This document shows, in pieces, positions 38,057 to 48,133 of a stretch of DNA of 64,000 bases (position 1 is its first letter; each line of letters starts with the position of its first letter). The stretch is taken from the IMG/VR virus record IMGVR_UViG_3300035698_035310, positions 124,001-188,000 of that record, one strand, 5' to 3'. The notes beneath the pieces are model-generated. The model worked only from the letters and a program-made list of their open reading frames with translations. It made no database searches and was not told the origin of the DNA. The position numbers and the translations under genes were made by a program.

Positions 38057-39200
38057 ATCAAGACAGCGCGAAGAAGAAATGTTGGCTGGTGAACAAAAAA
38101 TCACCAACCGCTTGAGTTCGCATACGTCACAAACAAAGAAAAAATTTGGCGCACTTGGATGGCAGGAAGTTATATTCAAAGCGATTGCTGAAAATCATAA
38201 ACATTGGATCAATGCACCATCAACGTGGGTGAACACCAAAAAAACTAAAAATATAGACGCGTTGCGCCACGACATGGTTCGTTATGTATTCGGTGTATAC
38301 AAGTGTCCCAAATTTCTTGAAGACGTTTGGCTCCCAACCCATCGCGAAACATATAATTATGCTAATCATAGACGGCATGAATCAGATGAAATTGAGAATA
38401 AAGATGTTCATTATGTTGCATGGTATCTAACTGTCGCACAGGGCGGATCGTTATATAAGTCCAACACCAAAGGTATACTGACCAAAAAAGAAACACATGC
38501 ATTTTTACATGCACCCAAGAATAACACAGTCAAACAAAATATTTGGTGGGCACGTGCTTATTGCGAGAGTGATAACATTGGAACAGCAACAAGAATTGCT
38601 CAATCCAGACTTGTAAATCGCTCGATGTCTAATGAATTTTGGATTTCGGTGATGAGATTCTTTTCAAAATATCCAACCAGCGTCAATGAAATAAATGATT
38701 TGTTGGATTATTTTATATACGCATTACAAGAAAACGAGGATTACACACTTAAAGGTCGTTCATTGGAAGCGGTAAAAATTAGTTGCGTGGAATGGCATAG
38801 ATTTCTTAACAAACAAAAATCTATTGGTGGTGGAACGTGGGCTGGAAGTGCCGTTGATAACGGAAGTTATACCACAGGAAAAGATGAACATAAAGTCAAG
38901 TGGTTGATAACACAAATCAGAACAGGCAATGAATTACTCAAAGAAGGGCAGAAAATGCGCCATTGTGTTGTTTCATACAAACGACGATGCTCAGAAGGGC
39001 ATTGTTCTATTTGGTCACTAACTTCACATGATATGATTGGTAATAACAAACGCTGTTTAACAGTCGAGTTATCTAGTAACAATCAAATCATTCAGTGTCG
39101 TGGATTGGCGAATCGTATGCCGAGACCAATTGAAAATAATATCCTTGGACGATGGTGTGTTGATAATAGTCTTCAGGCCAATCGTAATTCAAGATGGTAA
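38046..39200 (+). CDS. PcfJ-like domain protein
   Basis: ELLKEGQKMRHCVVSY...SIWSL...LTVEL...IIQCRGLANR. Confidence 0.75.
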   Translation: MGRKSRQREEEMLAGEQKITNRLSSHTSQTKKKFGALGWQEVIFKAIAENHKHWINAPSTWVNTKKTKNIDALRHDMVRYVFGVYKCPKFLEDVWLPTHRETYNYANHRRHESDEIENKDVHYVAWYLTVAQGGSLYKSNTKGILTKKETHAFLHAPKNNTVKQNIWWARAYCESDNIGTATRIAQSRLVNRSMSNEFWISVMRFFSKYPTSVNEINDLLDYFIYALQENEDYTLKGRSLEAVKISCVEWHRFLNKQKSIGGGTWAGSAVDNGSYTTGKDEHKVKWLITQIRTGNELLKEGQKMRHCVVSYKRRCSEGHCSIWSLTSHDMIGNNKRCLTVELSSNNQIIQCRGLANRMPRPIENNILGRWCVDNSLQANRNSRW

Positions 39201-39264
39201 TGAATGGTTGACATTATGTTGATTATGATTTATACTCCATATTGTAATAATATAGGATACAAAA

Positions 39265-39615
39265 ATGCATAAACGAAATATACTCGACGAGCCATATTTT
39301 GCCAGAGAGCCTGATTGCAGAGGCGAAGGCGATGATGGCTATATCGGATTTGGCGCAGGTAGTGATTTTAATCGTGAAATAATCGAACCTGGAATTAACG
39401 ATAATTATCCTGATGGTGTTGTTGGTGTTCGCATTGATGGTGATTATTGGGTGGTTGCTATTTTGCCGTATGAAACATATAAAGACGTCTCGATGCAGGA
39501 CATTATTTCAGAATATTGGCCCGAGTTTACCGACGTCGTATGTAGGCCAGATAGTGGCGATCCATGGTGGGACGATGTATATTGGAAGAGAGATTATAAA
39601 GATGGAGAAAAATGA
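39265..39615 (+). CDS. hypothetical protein
   Basis: 116-aa ORF with AGGA SD. Confidence 0.6.
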   Translation: MHKRNILDEPYFAREPDCRGEGDDGYIGFGAGSDFNREIIEPGINDNYPDGVVGVRIDGDYWVVAILPYETYKDVSMQDIISEYWPEFTDVVCRPDSGDPWWDDVYWKRDYKDGEK

Positions 39616-39616
39616 T

Positions 39617-40036
39617 ATGAGCGACACAGATGAAATAAGAACACCAGTAGAAAATATTGATGCAATTCTTGATGTCGACAATTATTTTAATTTGCAAGAA
39701 AAAATTCACAATTATTTTGGATATGTTGAAGATTGGAAAGTGATGGCATTGGTCGATCATCGATCTGATTATTGGATATTACACGAAATTAAAAATGATG
39801 ACGGTGAAACATATGGCGGCGAAGTTTTTTATCACGATGATCCATTTATAGATGGATATAAAACCGAAGGAAATTACTACAGCGCAGTTCTTTATATGCA
39901 ACGATTTCTTCCACAGTGGATATATCGTACAAAAGATTTTACCATGATTTGTATGGACACGCAATGCGACGATAACAAATATATTGGTATATTTTCTAAT
40001 ATGAATGAACAACCAAATATAGTTCCATACGTATGA
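39617..40036 (+). CDS. hypothetical protein
   Basis: GGAG SD before ATG 39617, in frame with track ORF 39413. Confidence 0.65.
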   Translation: MSDTDEIRTPVENIDAILDVDNYFNLQEKIHNYFGYVEDWKVMALVDHRSDYWILHEIKNDDGETYGGEVFYHDDPFIDGYKTEGNYYSAVLYMQRFLPQWIYRTKDFTMICMDTQCDDNKYIGIFSNMNEQPNIVPYV

Positions 40037-40308
40037 TAATACGTTATTCAGACTCTTCAAAATTTTGGAGATATTTAACATTATTTATATTGCCAAAACA
40101 TAAAGCACGTGTATATAATGCAACAGATGAGGAAATAAACGAGTTAAAAAAATGGCTGAGTGATCAAAAAATATGGTTTTTTAGTAATAAAATAGATTAC
40201 TACTCTGCTAAAAATGCGGATCATGCAAAATCATCCAAACCATTGATAACAATACATATTAGAGATGAAGAAGTATTGATGGGTATGAAATTGGCATGGG
40301 AAAATTAA
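40033..40308 (+). CDS. FKLRW-family small protein
   Basis: LKKWLSDQ...DEEVLMGMKLAWEN. Confidence 0.65.
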   Translation: MIIRYSDSSKFWRYLTLFILPKHKARVYNATDEEINELKKWLSDQKIWFFSNKIDYYSAKNADHAKSSKPLITIHIRDEEVLMGMKLAWEN

Positions 40309-40331
40309 TAAGATAATAAAAAGGAAAAACA

Positions 40332-40625
40332 ATGAGTAATATGTATACCATACAGTGGATGGGGTTTAACGAACAACCCAATTACAATCGCGTCTGGGGT
40401 CATATAAAAATGAAAGACGGCAGAGATTATGTTTTTTGGGGAGTCAAAGATAAAAAAATAGAATTCAAACTTCATGATCACGATAATAAAATATCTTATA
40501 TTATTAACCAAAATGAAAAAAAAGGTTATAAAAAAATACATCCCGCACACTATGAAATAATATGTCCAGATTTTATTGAGAATATGGAAATATGGTTTAC
40601 CACACACGTGTTAATGGGAGATTAA
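40332..40625 (+). CDS. WGR-like domain protein, tandem paralog 1
   Basis: NRVWG...YVFWGVKDKKIEFK. Confidence 0.55.
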   Translation: MSNMYTIQWMGFNEQPNYNRVWGHIKMKDGRDYVFWGVKDKKIEFKLHDHDNKISYIINQNEKKGYKKIHPAHYEIICPDFIENMEIWFTTHVLMGD

Positions 40626-40626
40626 A

Positions 40627-40926
40627 TTGAACGGTTCATATGAAATGCAGTGGGTGGGATGGGATAACTCAAAAAACCATGATAAAGTATGGGGTTGGTT
40701 TATCATGAAAAACGGCAAAGCTTGGTGTTTTTGGGGTGCAAGAGGTAAAAAATTAAAATTTAAAATACATCCATCACATGATTCTGCTGAAAAGGTTATG
40801 GAACAAAAAGAAAAAGCAAAATATAAGTTTGTTCCACCGTCGAAGTATGATACACTGGTTAAAGATTTCCTCGACGACGTTGAAGTATGGTGTATGACCG
40901 CAATAATAGAAGAAAAGGTAATGTAA
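40627..40926 (+). CDS. WGR-like domain protein, tandem paralog 2
   Basis: DKVWG...WCFWGARGKKLKFK; TTG start after GGGAG. Confidence 0.6.
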   Translation: MNGSYEMQWVGWDNSKNHDKVWGWFIMKNGKAWCFWGARGKKLKFKIHPSHDSAEKVMEQKEKAKYKFVPPSKYDTLVKDFLDDVEVWCMTAIIEEKVM

Positions 40927-41624
40927 TGAAAATATTATTAGTAAGGCACGGACAATCCGAAGCTAATGCAAATAAAGATTTGCATTATACAATGGCGGAT
41001 CATGCCATACCATTATCAGAGTTGGGTGTAAAGCAAGCACGCGAAGCCGGTAAATTTTTAGGAACTTATTTAGATAACATTGTTGGTATTCCTGCGGTCA
41101 AACCACTTATAAGATTATGGTTAAGCCCATATGAAAGAACTCGCAGAACCGCAAGTAATATAATGATGGGCATCAATGACACCGCCAAGAGCGGCAAACA
41201 TTCAACTTTTAAAATGGATAAACGCGAAAGCATCCGATTGTGTGAACAGCAGTTTGGATTGTTTGATGGTATACCCGACGATGAACGCCACATTAAATAT
41301 CCTGATGAGGCAGATCATTATCAAAAATGCGAAGATCAAAATGGTCATTTTTGGGCACGGATGCCTCTTGGTGAAAGTCGATTCGATGTAGCAAATCGTG
41401 TTCACGAAACATTTGGAACATTTCATCGAGATAATGAAAAACACGGCATTAATACTATTGTTGTGGTATGTCACGGTGTTACGTTGCGTGCATTTGTGAT
41501 GGAATGGTTACATCTTACACCCGAATGGTTTAATGATGAACCCAATCCTGGTAATTGTGATATTCGATTGATTGAAAACAACAAGGATGAAGGTTATATT
41601 CACAGAGGTAAAATAGATGAGTGA
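40926..41624 (+). CDS. histidine phosphatase (phosphoglycerate mutase family)
   Basis: LVRHGQSEAN, SPYERTRRT, RLCEQQFG, GES, VVCHG. Confidence 0.9.
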   Translation: MKILLVRHGQSEANANKDLHYTMADHAIPLSELGVKQAREAGKFLGTYLDNIVGIPAVKPLIRLWLSPYERTRRTASNIMMGINDTAKSGKHSTFKMDKRESIRLCEQQFGLFDGIPDDERHIKYPDEADHYQKCEDQNGHFWARMPLGESRFDVANRVHETFGTFHRDNEKHGINTIVVVCHGVTLRAFVMEWLHLTPEWFNDEPNPGNCDIRLIENNKDEGYIHRGKIDE

Positions 41625-41919
41625 TATTACTATAACCATAACTGAACGCGAACGTGAAATATTAAACACAATCGTCAATGTTTGGGGCAGCGAGGATGAT
41701 GATTTACTTATGCATGGTCATGCATCATATTCAGAAGTTAACGATTTATTAGAAAAAATGAATATTGATATTCCAGAAGGATTGGCTAACATGATGTCTG
41801 GAAAAACATTTAAAAGATATGAAGATATCAAAAAACGTCAAGAAACAAAACATCATTTTGATAAAATAATTACCGACAATCTTAATTCAAAATTTATGGA
41901 GACTAAAAATGACAAATAG
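41617..41919 (+). CDS. hypothetical protein
   Basis: 100-aa ORF in coupled run. Confidence 0.6.
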   Translation: MSDITITITEREREILNTIVNVWGSEDDDLLMHGHASYSEVNDLLEKMNIDIPEGLANMMSGKTFKRYEDIKKRQETKHHFDKIITDNLNSKFMETKNDK

Positions 41920-42169
41920 TATAGATTTTAATATTAATGAAATGGTTCGTGTTAAACTTACTGATCATGGTCGGATGATGCACAAAAAATTTCATGATGA
42001 TTTATTTATGGATTTCTTATTGACACAAAAATATACGCCACCCGAAGAAGATTCCGAGGGATGGAGTAGATGGCAACTTTGGATGTTGATGGAAGTGTTT
42101 GGTTCGCATTTTTCACATGGCTGTGATCTTCCATTTGATATGGGCATACAAATAATACAGGAGAAATAA
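41909..42169 (+). CDS. conserved phage hypothetical protein
   Basis: FNINEMVRVKLTDHG...QLWMLMEVFG. Confidence 0.7.
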   Translation: MTNSIDFNINEMVRVKLTDHGRMMHKKFHDDLFMDFLLTQKYTPPEEDSEGWSRWQLWMLMEVFGSHFSHGCDLPFDMGIQIIQEK

Positions 42170-42170
42170 T

Positions 42171-42608
42171 ATGGGAATTTATATGACACATTACGCATTC
42201 ATTGGGGTTAAATTTTCACCTAGTACACAACTTGTTGATCGCATACAACGTGGATGTAGTCACGATGGTGCAAAAGCCAAATTTTGTTCCGAGTGTGGTG
42301 CTCCGATGTGGAAAGACAAACAAGATCGCGTGAATCAATTTGACGATATACATGAGGAATTAATAGAACCACTATATGAAGAACTAGAAGAGCATTTTAA
42401 TGAACATGTAGTTGTTGGAACAGATCACGATGGTGATGCGATTTATATTGGATACGGAACATCTGTTGAAAATTTTGAAGAATCTAATATTCCATTAATT
42501 GACCAAGAAATTGTAAAAAGTGTGTTACAGCCCATTCTTGAGAAATATAAAATATGGAATCAATGTTCTGATACATTAGGATTTTGGCTTGTGAGTACAG
42601 GGCATTAA
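42171..42608 (+). CDS. hypothetical protein with C..CxxC zinc-ribbon motif
   Basis: CSHDGAKAKFCSECG. Confidence 0.65.
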   Translation: MGIYMTHYAFIGVKFSPSTQLVDRIQRGCSHDGAKAKFCSECGAPMWKDKQDRVNQFDDIHEELIEPLYEELEEHFNEHVVVGTDHDGDAIYIGYGTSVENFEESNIPLIDQEIVKSVLQPILEKYKIWNQCSDTLGFWLVSTGH

Positions 42609-42614
42609 TAATAT

Positions 42615-42767
42615 ATGAAAATATTCAGTCCATGCATTGGTCGATGTAATCTTAAAGAAAATGTATGCACAGGATGTTTACGCACTAAAAATGAAATAAT
42701 TAAATGGCGAAATATGATATTCACTGAACGCATTAATGTAATTAAACGAATTTCTTCTATAAAATAA
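42615..42767 (+). CDS. DUF1289-like small Cys-rich protein (not in ORF track)
   Basis: MKIFSPCIGRCNLKENVCTGCLRTKNEIIKW. Confidence 0.75.
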   Translation: MKIFSPCIGRCNLKENVCTGCLRTKNEIIKWRNMIFTERINVIKRISSIK

Positions 42768-42833
42768 ATCAACACTTGACATAGATGTTAATTCGTTATA
42801 TATTATTCATACACAGAATGAAGGATAATTGCT

Positions 42834-43091
42834 ATGAAAACCAATCATCGACGCAGTTTCAGTGATAAACGACATTCACGTGCTGTATTCAATGAATACA
42901 TTGTCGGCAATTTTTCCAAAATTGCCGATGATGGAAAATATATATCTGCGGGATCGACGTCGGGTGATCATTGTTGTGGTAAACGCGGTATTCGACGCGA
43001 TAAAGCGGGTGCAAAGAAATATGTAAATTCGCGCACAAGATTTCATAACAAAATGGCATTAGATAGACAGATAAACGAAGTGGAGATTTAA
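42834..43091 (+). CDS. basic hypothetical protein
   Basis: 85-aa ORF after promoter and AAGGA SD. Confidence 0.65.
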   Translation: MKTNHRRSFSDKRHSRAVFNEYIVGNFSKIADDGKYISAGSTSGDHCCGKRGIRRDKAGAKKYVNSRTRFHNKMALDRQINEVEI

Positions 43092-43092
43092 A

Positions 43093-44007
43093 ATGAAAAC
43101 CGATGAATACGGAAATCGCATGAAAGATTACGAAAGAATGGAAACCGGAAGACGGTTTATGCCACTTCTACCCGTATATGCGCGGATTGATGGTCGTAGT
43201 TTTAGTAAGTTCACCAAAGGAATGCGCCGCCCTTATGATAAACGCATGTCACGATGTATGATTGAAACAGCAAAATATCTTGTCGATCAAACCGACGCTA
43301 TGATAGGATATGTCCAAAGTGATGAGATTTCTCTTGCATGGTATAGCGATTCAGTTGATAGCCAAATTTTCTTTGATGGCAAGATTCAAAAGATGGTTTC
43401 AGTTCTTGCTGGTATGGCATCAGTTAAGTTTCTCCACGAATATCGAAATACATTTGGTGCACAGGCAGATATGGATGCGCTACCGTTGTTCGACGCACGT
43501 GTATTTCAACTACCTACTAAGGTAGAACTTGCAAACACATTTCTTTGGCGAGAACGTGATGCTACCAAAAATGCTATCAGTATGGCTGCACGATCATTTT
43601 ATAGCCATGCTGAATTACATAAAAAATCTGGTTCTGAAATGCAAGAAATGATGTTCCTAGCAGGACAGAACTTCAACGACTATCCAGCATTTTTTAAACG
43701 TGGAACATTTGTTCGCCGTGAATTAGTAGACATTGAACTGTCTGCTGGTGAATATGCCAACATTCCAGATCGTCATAAACCACATAGCATGTGGGTTAAA
43801 CGCCATCGCATGGTTGAAATGGATATGCCATCATTTGGAACAGTAATGAATCGCGACGATGTAATATTTGAAAAAGATGACCCTATCACTGCCGCTAAAA
43901 AAGTTCATTTTGGTTTATTGGCAGATGATGACGATATAATGAGTTATAATAATCCAATGGGTATGGTATTTGGTGGTGAAAACCCTATCAAAAAAGAAGG
44001 AACGTAA
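43093..44007 (+). CDS. tRNA(His) guanylyltransferase Thg1-like protein
   Basis: RMKDYE, YARIDGRSFSKFT, GYVQSDEISL, FDARVF, WRERDATKNAISM, FKRGTF. Confidence 0.92.
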   Translation: MKTDEYGNRMKDYERMETGRRFMPLLPVYARIDGRSFSKFTKGMRRPYDKRMSRCMIETAKYLVDQTDAMIGYVQSDEISLAWYSDSVDSQIFFDGKIQKMVSVLAGMASVKFLHEYRNTFGAQADMDALPLFDARVFQLPTKVELANTFLWRERDATKNAISMAARSFYSHAELHKKSGSEMQEMMFLAGQNFNDYPAFFKRGTFVRRELVDIELSAGEYANIPDRHKPHSMWVKRHRMVEMDMPSFGTVMNRDDVIFEKDDPITAAKKVHFGLLADDDDIMSYNNPMGMVFGGENPIKKEGT

Positions 44008-44135
44008 TATGAGCATTGATATCACTCTCAATCCTGGTTATGATGGTTGGGGATACACCGATGTTCAGGCTATATATCACGACAGCCGCGAATTAAGTAT
44101 TGTTCATACAGTTGTTTTAAAGTAAGGAGACCATT

Positions 44136-44540
44136 ATGGGCGCTGAATCTATACTAATAATGTTATTCGTTACTAAACATTTAATCTTTGATTGGTGGTT
44201 GCAACCAGCATGGATGGCATTTGAGAAACACGATATGCGTAAGAAAGGCGGATACATCCACGCAGCGTTAAATGTTGTAGGAACTGGTGCAGCATTAATG
44301 ATGTTTTTAGTTGTTATGGCTCATTTTGATATTACATATACACTTGTAGCAGATAACATTATACATTGGTTTCTATTAGGCGAGTTCGTATCACATTATC
44401 TAATGGATTTTGTGAAGATGAATGTCAACCGTAAGATGGGTTGGAAGTGCAACGAACATCAAGCATTTTGGAACTGGACAGGATTTGACCAATGGTTTCA
44501 TATTATGTATCTCGTATTCATGGCAGGTATGATAGTATGA
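44136..44540 (+). CDS. DUF3307-like membrane protein
   Basis: KHLIFDWWLQ, HYLMDFVK, GFDQWFH. Confidence 0.8.
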   Translation: MGAESILIMLFVTKHLIFDWWLQPAWMAFEKHDMRKKGGYIHAALNVVGTGAALMMFLVVMAHFDITYTLVADNIIHWFLLGEFVSHYLMDFVKMNVNRKMGWKCNEHQAFWNWTGFDQWFHIMYLVFMAGMIV

Positions 44541-45037
44541 TTTTAGATTGGGAAAGTAAAATAAATGAAGTATGCACTAAACTTGGCATCGATCCAGAAA
44601 TATATTCAGAAACTGAAGACTTGCAAGAATGGATGGCAAAGCATTTGGGATTTGAAGACTATGCTACATTTGCAGCATTGCCGTCGCCATATGAAATCAT
44701 AAACAAGAAAGCATTTCCAATGCTTCCGGCACACAAAAGTTATGAATATCCACTTATGATGGTTTCAATTGATTTAATAATACATGATTTATTATTATTA
44801 AATGATATTGAGCAAATTGAATTTGAGTGTCAAAATTTCTTAAAATATATCATGGATAATTTTTCCACTGAAATTCAAATTGTATCATTGAGAACAATGT
44901 TCTTTACCAAAAGCAAAGATTTGCACATCGATAAACGAAGAATTCTATTTAATGCAATAAAAAACTCTATACAATGGAATATAATTTCTAAAAAACATAA
45001 TGATTTAGTATTAAATATGAACGGAATTGCTTTGTAA
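44537..45037 (+). CDS. hypothetical protein
   Basis: ATGA overlap at 44537. Confidence 0.55.
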   Translation: MILDWESKINEVCTKLGIDPEIYSETEDLQEWMAKHLGFEDYATFAALPSPYEIINKKAFPMLPAHKSYEYPLMMVSIDLIIHDLLLLNDIEQIEFECQNFLKYIMDNFSTEIQIVSLRTMFFTKSKDLHIDKRRILFNAIKNSIQWNIISKKHNDLVLNMNGIAL

Positions 45038-45040
45038 ATA

Positions 45041-45616
45041 ATGAAAGAATTTGAAGAAATATCACTAAAAGATATATCACAGGGCATAACACCAGACGGT
45101 GATATGTCATTAGAACAACTAACTGCAATTACTCGTAATATTTCAGGATATGATATCACCGATTTATACAAATATTCCAAATTTAAAAACGTTTGTCGTC
45201 GTGGGTTAAAGGACGATAAATCAGAATTAGACGAATTTATGTGGGAAGATTTTACAACATATATTGAAAATAGTAGAATGATGGTGTATGATACTATGAT
45301 AGAGAATGGGGTTAACGAATGTGAATCATATTTCTTATCATTGAAGTTTTTATGGAGTGCGTTACGAAAATTCAGAGGAAAATTCTTCACTGGTGTGAAC
45401 AGTAGATTAGAATACGACAAGATGCCATTAAAGATTGCCATTAATCATTTAATGCATGTTAGACTAAAAAATATAATGGCAACCGATAGCTATAAGTATA
45501 GCGCAAAAGCAGCGAACGGATCACTGGGGCAATTTAGAAAGGAAGCAGCATGGGAAGTATCACGTTATCTAGCAGAAGAGACTGGCACAATTTTTCACGC
45601 AAAAATAACATTATAG
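45041..45616 (+). CDS. hypothetical protein
   Basis: 191-aa ORF. Confidence 0.6.
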   Translation: MKEFEEISLKDISQGITPDGDMSLEQLTAITRNISGYDITDLYKYSKFKNVCRRGLKDDKSELDEFMWEDFTTYIENSRMMVYDTMIENGVNECESYFLSLKFLWSALRKFRGKFFTGVNSRLEYDKMPLKIAINHLMHVRLKNIMATDSYKYSAKAANGSLGQFRKEAAWEVSRYLAEETGTIFHAKITL

Positions 45617-45630
45617 GGAGTAGCAGCACA

Positions 45631-45822
45631 ATGCAATCAAAGCAATATACGTTTTCTATACTTAAAAATGAATCACGTGTAAATTCATCCGAACTATTAA
45701 AATGGATCAATGTGGTGGTTAAAGATAACTGGACTAAAAAAGATTACAAAACCAAAACTGTGTATACATTTAATGATCCGAATGATGCACTTAAATTCAA
45801 GATGCGCTGGACGTTTGCATAA
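45631..45822 (+). CDS. FKLRW-family small protein
   Basis: GGGAG SD; LLKWINVV...DPNDALKFKMRWTFA. Confidence 0.7.
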   Translation: MQSKQYTFSILKNESRVNSSELLKWINVVVKDNWTKKDYKTKTVYTFNDPNDALKFKMRWTFA

Positions 45823-45826
45823 TCAC

Positions 45827-45854
45827 TTGACATTCATATGAGATATGGTATTAT
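45827..45854 (+). promoter_or_regulatory. sigma70-type promoter, extended -10
   Basis: TTGACA-N16-TATTAT with TGn. Confidence 0.55.
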
Positions 45855-45876
45855 ATATTATATATTATAATAACTC

Positions 45877-46209
45877 ATGAAAGGAAATATTATGGAAAGC
45901 ACTCCTAAAAATACCCCTATCACAAAAGAAGAAATCGACAAACTCCGAGAACGATTGGGTCGATCCATGTGTGCCGAAGCGTGGAACGTTGAACTCGACG
46001 ATTATGAAAGACCGGATGACGTTGTCAAAGTAAATGGATTCGAATATCCACGATGGAGAACAAAAACACATTTGGTTGATGCATTTATCAGTGTTCTTAA
46101 TGACGATGGATTTATTGTTGTTTCAGATGGTAGAAAATTAGAATTTGATGAAATTATAGGCAAATCTGAAGAATTGATAAAGTTGATGAAAGAAGAACTT
46201 GGCACTTGA
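45877..46209 (+). CDS. hypothetical protein
   Basis: 110-aa ORF. Confidence 0.6.
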   Translation: MKGNIMESTPKNTPITKEEIDKLRERLGRSMCAEAWNVELDDYERPDDVVKVNGFEYPRWRTKTHLVDAFISVLNDDGFIVVSDGRKLEFDEIIGKSEELIKLMKEELGT

Positions 46210-46233
46210 CATAAACTGCAATTGTGGTATTAT
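46206..46233 (+). promoter_or_regulatory. sigma70-type promoter, extended -10
   Basis: TTGACA-N16-TATTAT with TGn. Confidence 0.55.
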
Positions 46234-46265
46234 AATTACAGATTGCAACAGATAAGGACTTCAAA

Positions 46266-46460
46266 ATGAACACAGTTATTGATATGAACACACGCACAGT
46301 AATCAAATCCGTAATGTCAGTTGAAGAAGCAGAGGCCATCGTAGGTGAAGGACTTATGATTGACGAACTGAACAGCACCTTGGCTTTGTGTGTTGACGAT
46401 GCTGAAATTTGTGAAGCATGTGGCGTGCTTATCGATCAAATCACATCGAAGGGAGAATAA
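46266..46460 (+). CDS. hypothetical protein
   Basis: 64-aa ORF with AAGGA SD. Confidence 0.6.
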   Translation: MNTVIDMNTRTVIKSVMSVEEAEAIVGEGLMIDELNSTLALCVDDAEICEACGVLIDQITSKGE

Positions 46461-46462
46461 TC

Positions 46463-47371
46463 ATGGGTCGCGAAGTAAAACGGGTTGCATTAGATTTTAG
46501 TTGGCCCATCAATAGAACGTGGTATGGTTACGTGAAGCCAGATGATTTATATCCAACCAATTGTGATACATGTGATGGGACTGGCATGACAGACGATTAT
46601 AGACAAATCAGTGAATCGTGGTATACACATCTTTGTCCTCCCGGTGAAGAAGGTTGGTCTGATAAAATTACACAAGATGAAGTAGATGCCCTTGTTGAAA
46701 ATAGGAGATTGATGGATTTCACGCATGAGTGGATTACATCTGAAACTGTCATTAAAATATCAACCAAAGACGAAGTTATTATTCGTCTTGGTCTTGAGCC
46801 AATGGAAGACGATGATGAAGATGTGGATTATGTACAAAATTGGATTGAAAATGGATCGATTGAGTTATCTGACACTGGTGAGTATACCATCACGAGTGGA
46901 TGGGTTAGACGTGAAGATCGTTACGTTCCGACTGCTGCCGAAGTAAATGAATGGTCAAAATCTGGAATGGGTCACGATTCATGCAATCGTTGGATTTGTG
47001 CAGAAACACGCGCCAAACGACTTGGCAAGTATGGTCACTGCACAGTGTGTGATGGTGATGGATCGATTTTTAAGGATGCAGACCATGAAGCCGCGTATGA
47101 TGCATGGATGGAACAAGACCCACGAGCGGGTGAAGGCTGGCAATTATGGGAAAACGTGTCAGAAGGTTCACCGCAAAGCCCCGTGTTTGCAACCAAAGAA
47201 GAATTATCAACATGGATGCAAAACAATGGCGATGGCAATAGCGGTGGTTATAGCAAAGAATCTGCTGACGCATTTATAAATCAAGGTTGGGCACCATCAA
47301 TGATGATTATCAACGGAACGATGATGACTGGTGTTGATAGCGCTGCTGCATTACAAAAAGATACCGTATAA
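46463..47371 (+). CDS. conserved phage protein with two CxxCxGxG motifs
   Basis: MGREVKRVALDFSWP, CDTCDGTG, CTVCDGDG, GEGWQLWENVSEGSPQSPVF. Confidence 0.75.
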   Translation: MGREVKRVALDFSWPINRTWYGYVKPDDLYPTNCDTCDGTGMTDDYRQISESWYTHLCPPGEEGWSDKITQDEVDALVENRRLMDFTHEWITSETVIKISTKDEVIIRLGLEPMEDDDEDVDYVQNWIENGSIELSDTGEYTITSGWVRREDRYVPTAAEVNEWSKSGMGHDSCNRWICAETRAKRLGKYGHCTVCDGDGSIFKDADHEAAYDAWMEQDPRAGEGWQLWENVSEGSPQSPVFATKEELSTWMQNNGDGNSGGYSKESADAFINQGWAPSMMIINGTMMTGVDSAAALQKDTV

Positions 47372-47389
47372 CAAATAGGGAGAAATATA

Positions 47390-47584
47390 ATGTTGGATAT
47401 TAACGAAACCCGTCAAGATGTTGAAAATAATGAAGGTGCATTGTTTTTCGTTGAAACATCAGATAACAACAAATTTCACATTTTCGATAAAGCAACCATT
47501 GAATTGGTCGGCAAGGTATTCGCAGAATCGAATACTGAACTAACCAAAAATGTGGACGAAGTTATTACATTCGTTGATGTATGA
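47390..47584 (+). CDS. hypothetical protein
   Basis: GGGAG SD. Confidence 0.6.
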   Translation: MLDINETRQDVENNEGALFFVETSDNNKFHIFDKATIELVGKVFAESNTELTKNVDEVITFVDV

Positions 47585-47940
47585 TGCAAACAAGGGGATA
47601 TAATATTATGATGAAAATTACACCATGGGCTATTGGATTATTAGTTTTTTCCATTGTAGGTTTTGTGATTGCCGATTTATGGGGCGTTGAATCACAAAGT
47701 GGTTATGCTACAGTAACTCAACATCGATATAATGAAGAATATTCTACATACGACTATGAAACAATGACGACTACCTATTATGATGAAGAATTCATTTTGA
47801 TTTATAAATATGAAAATAATGTTACATCAGATCATGTACGTGAACGCACTTATCATAATTATGATGATGGCGACAAAGCAAAAATTGCTTTCAAAATTGG
47901 TAAGTTCAGTGATAATTTTTACGCTAGTATAGTTGAATGA
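47581..47940 (+). CDS. membrane-anchored hypothetical protein
   Basis: N-terminal TM helix. Confidence 0.6.
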   Translation: MMQTRGYNIMMKITPWAIGLLVFSIVGFVIADLWGVESQSGYATVTQHRYNEEYSTYDYETMTTTYYDEEFILIYKYENNVTSDHVRERTYHNYDDGDKAKIAFKIGKFSDNFYASIVE

Positions 47941-48133
47941 TATGAATCGCACCGAAATAAAAAAAGAACGGAAGCGCATCGACAAAAAAATCGAAGAATA
48001 TCGAAAAGGTATTCTAATAGCACATGCAGAACTACGTGTTATTGAAATGCAATGCGAGCATCCTAAAGAATTTAAGACGATGCATCAAGGCGACAGTGGC
48101 ACTAAATGCCCTGATTGTGGGTATGCCACATGA
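47933..48133 (+). CDS. small protein with terminal CPDC
   Basis: coiled-coil plus CEH...CPDCG. Confidence 0.6.
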   Translation: MNDMNRTEIKKERKRIDKKIEEYRKGILIAHAELRVIEMQCEHPKEFKTMHQGDSGTKCPDCGYAT

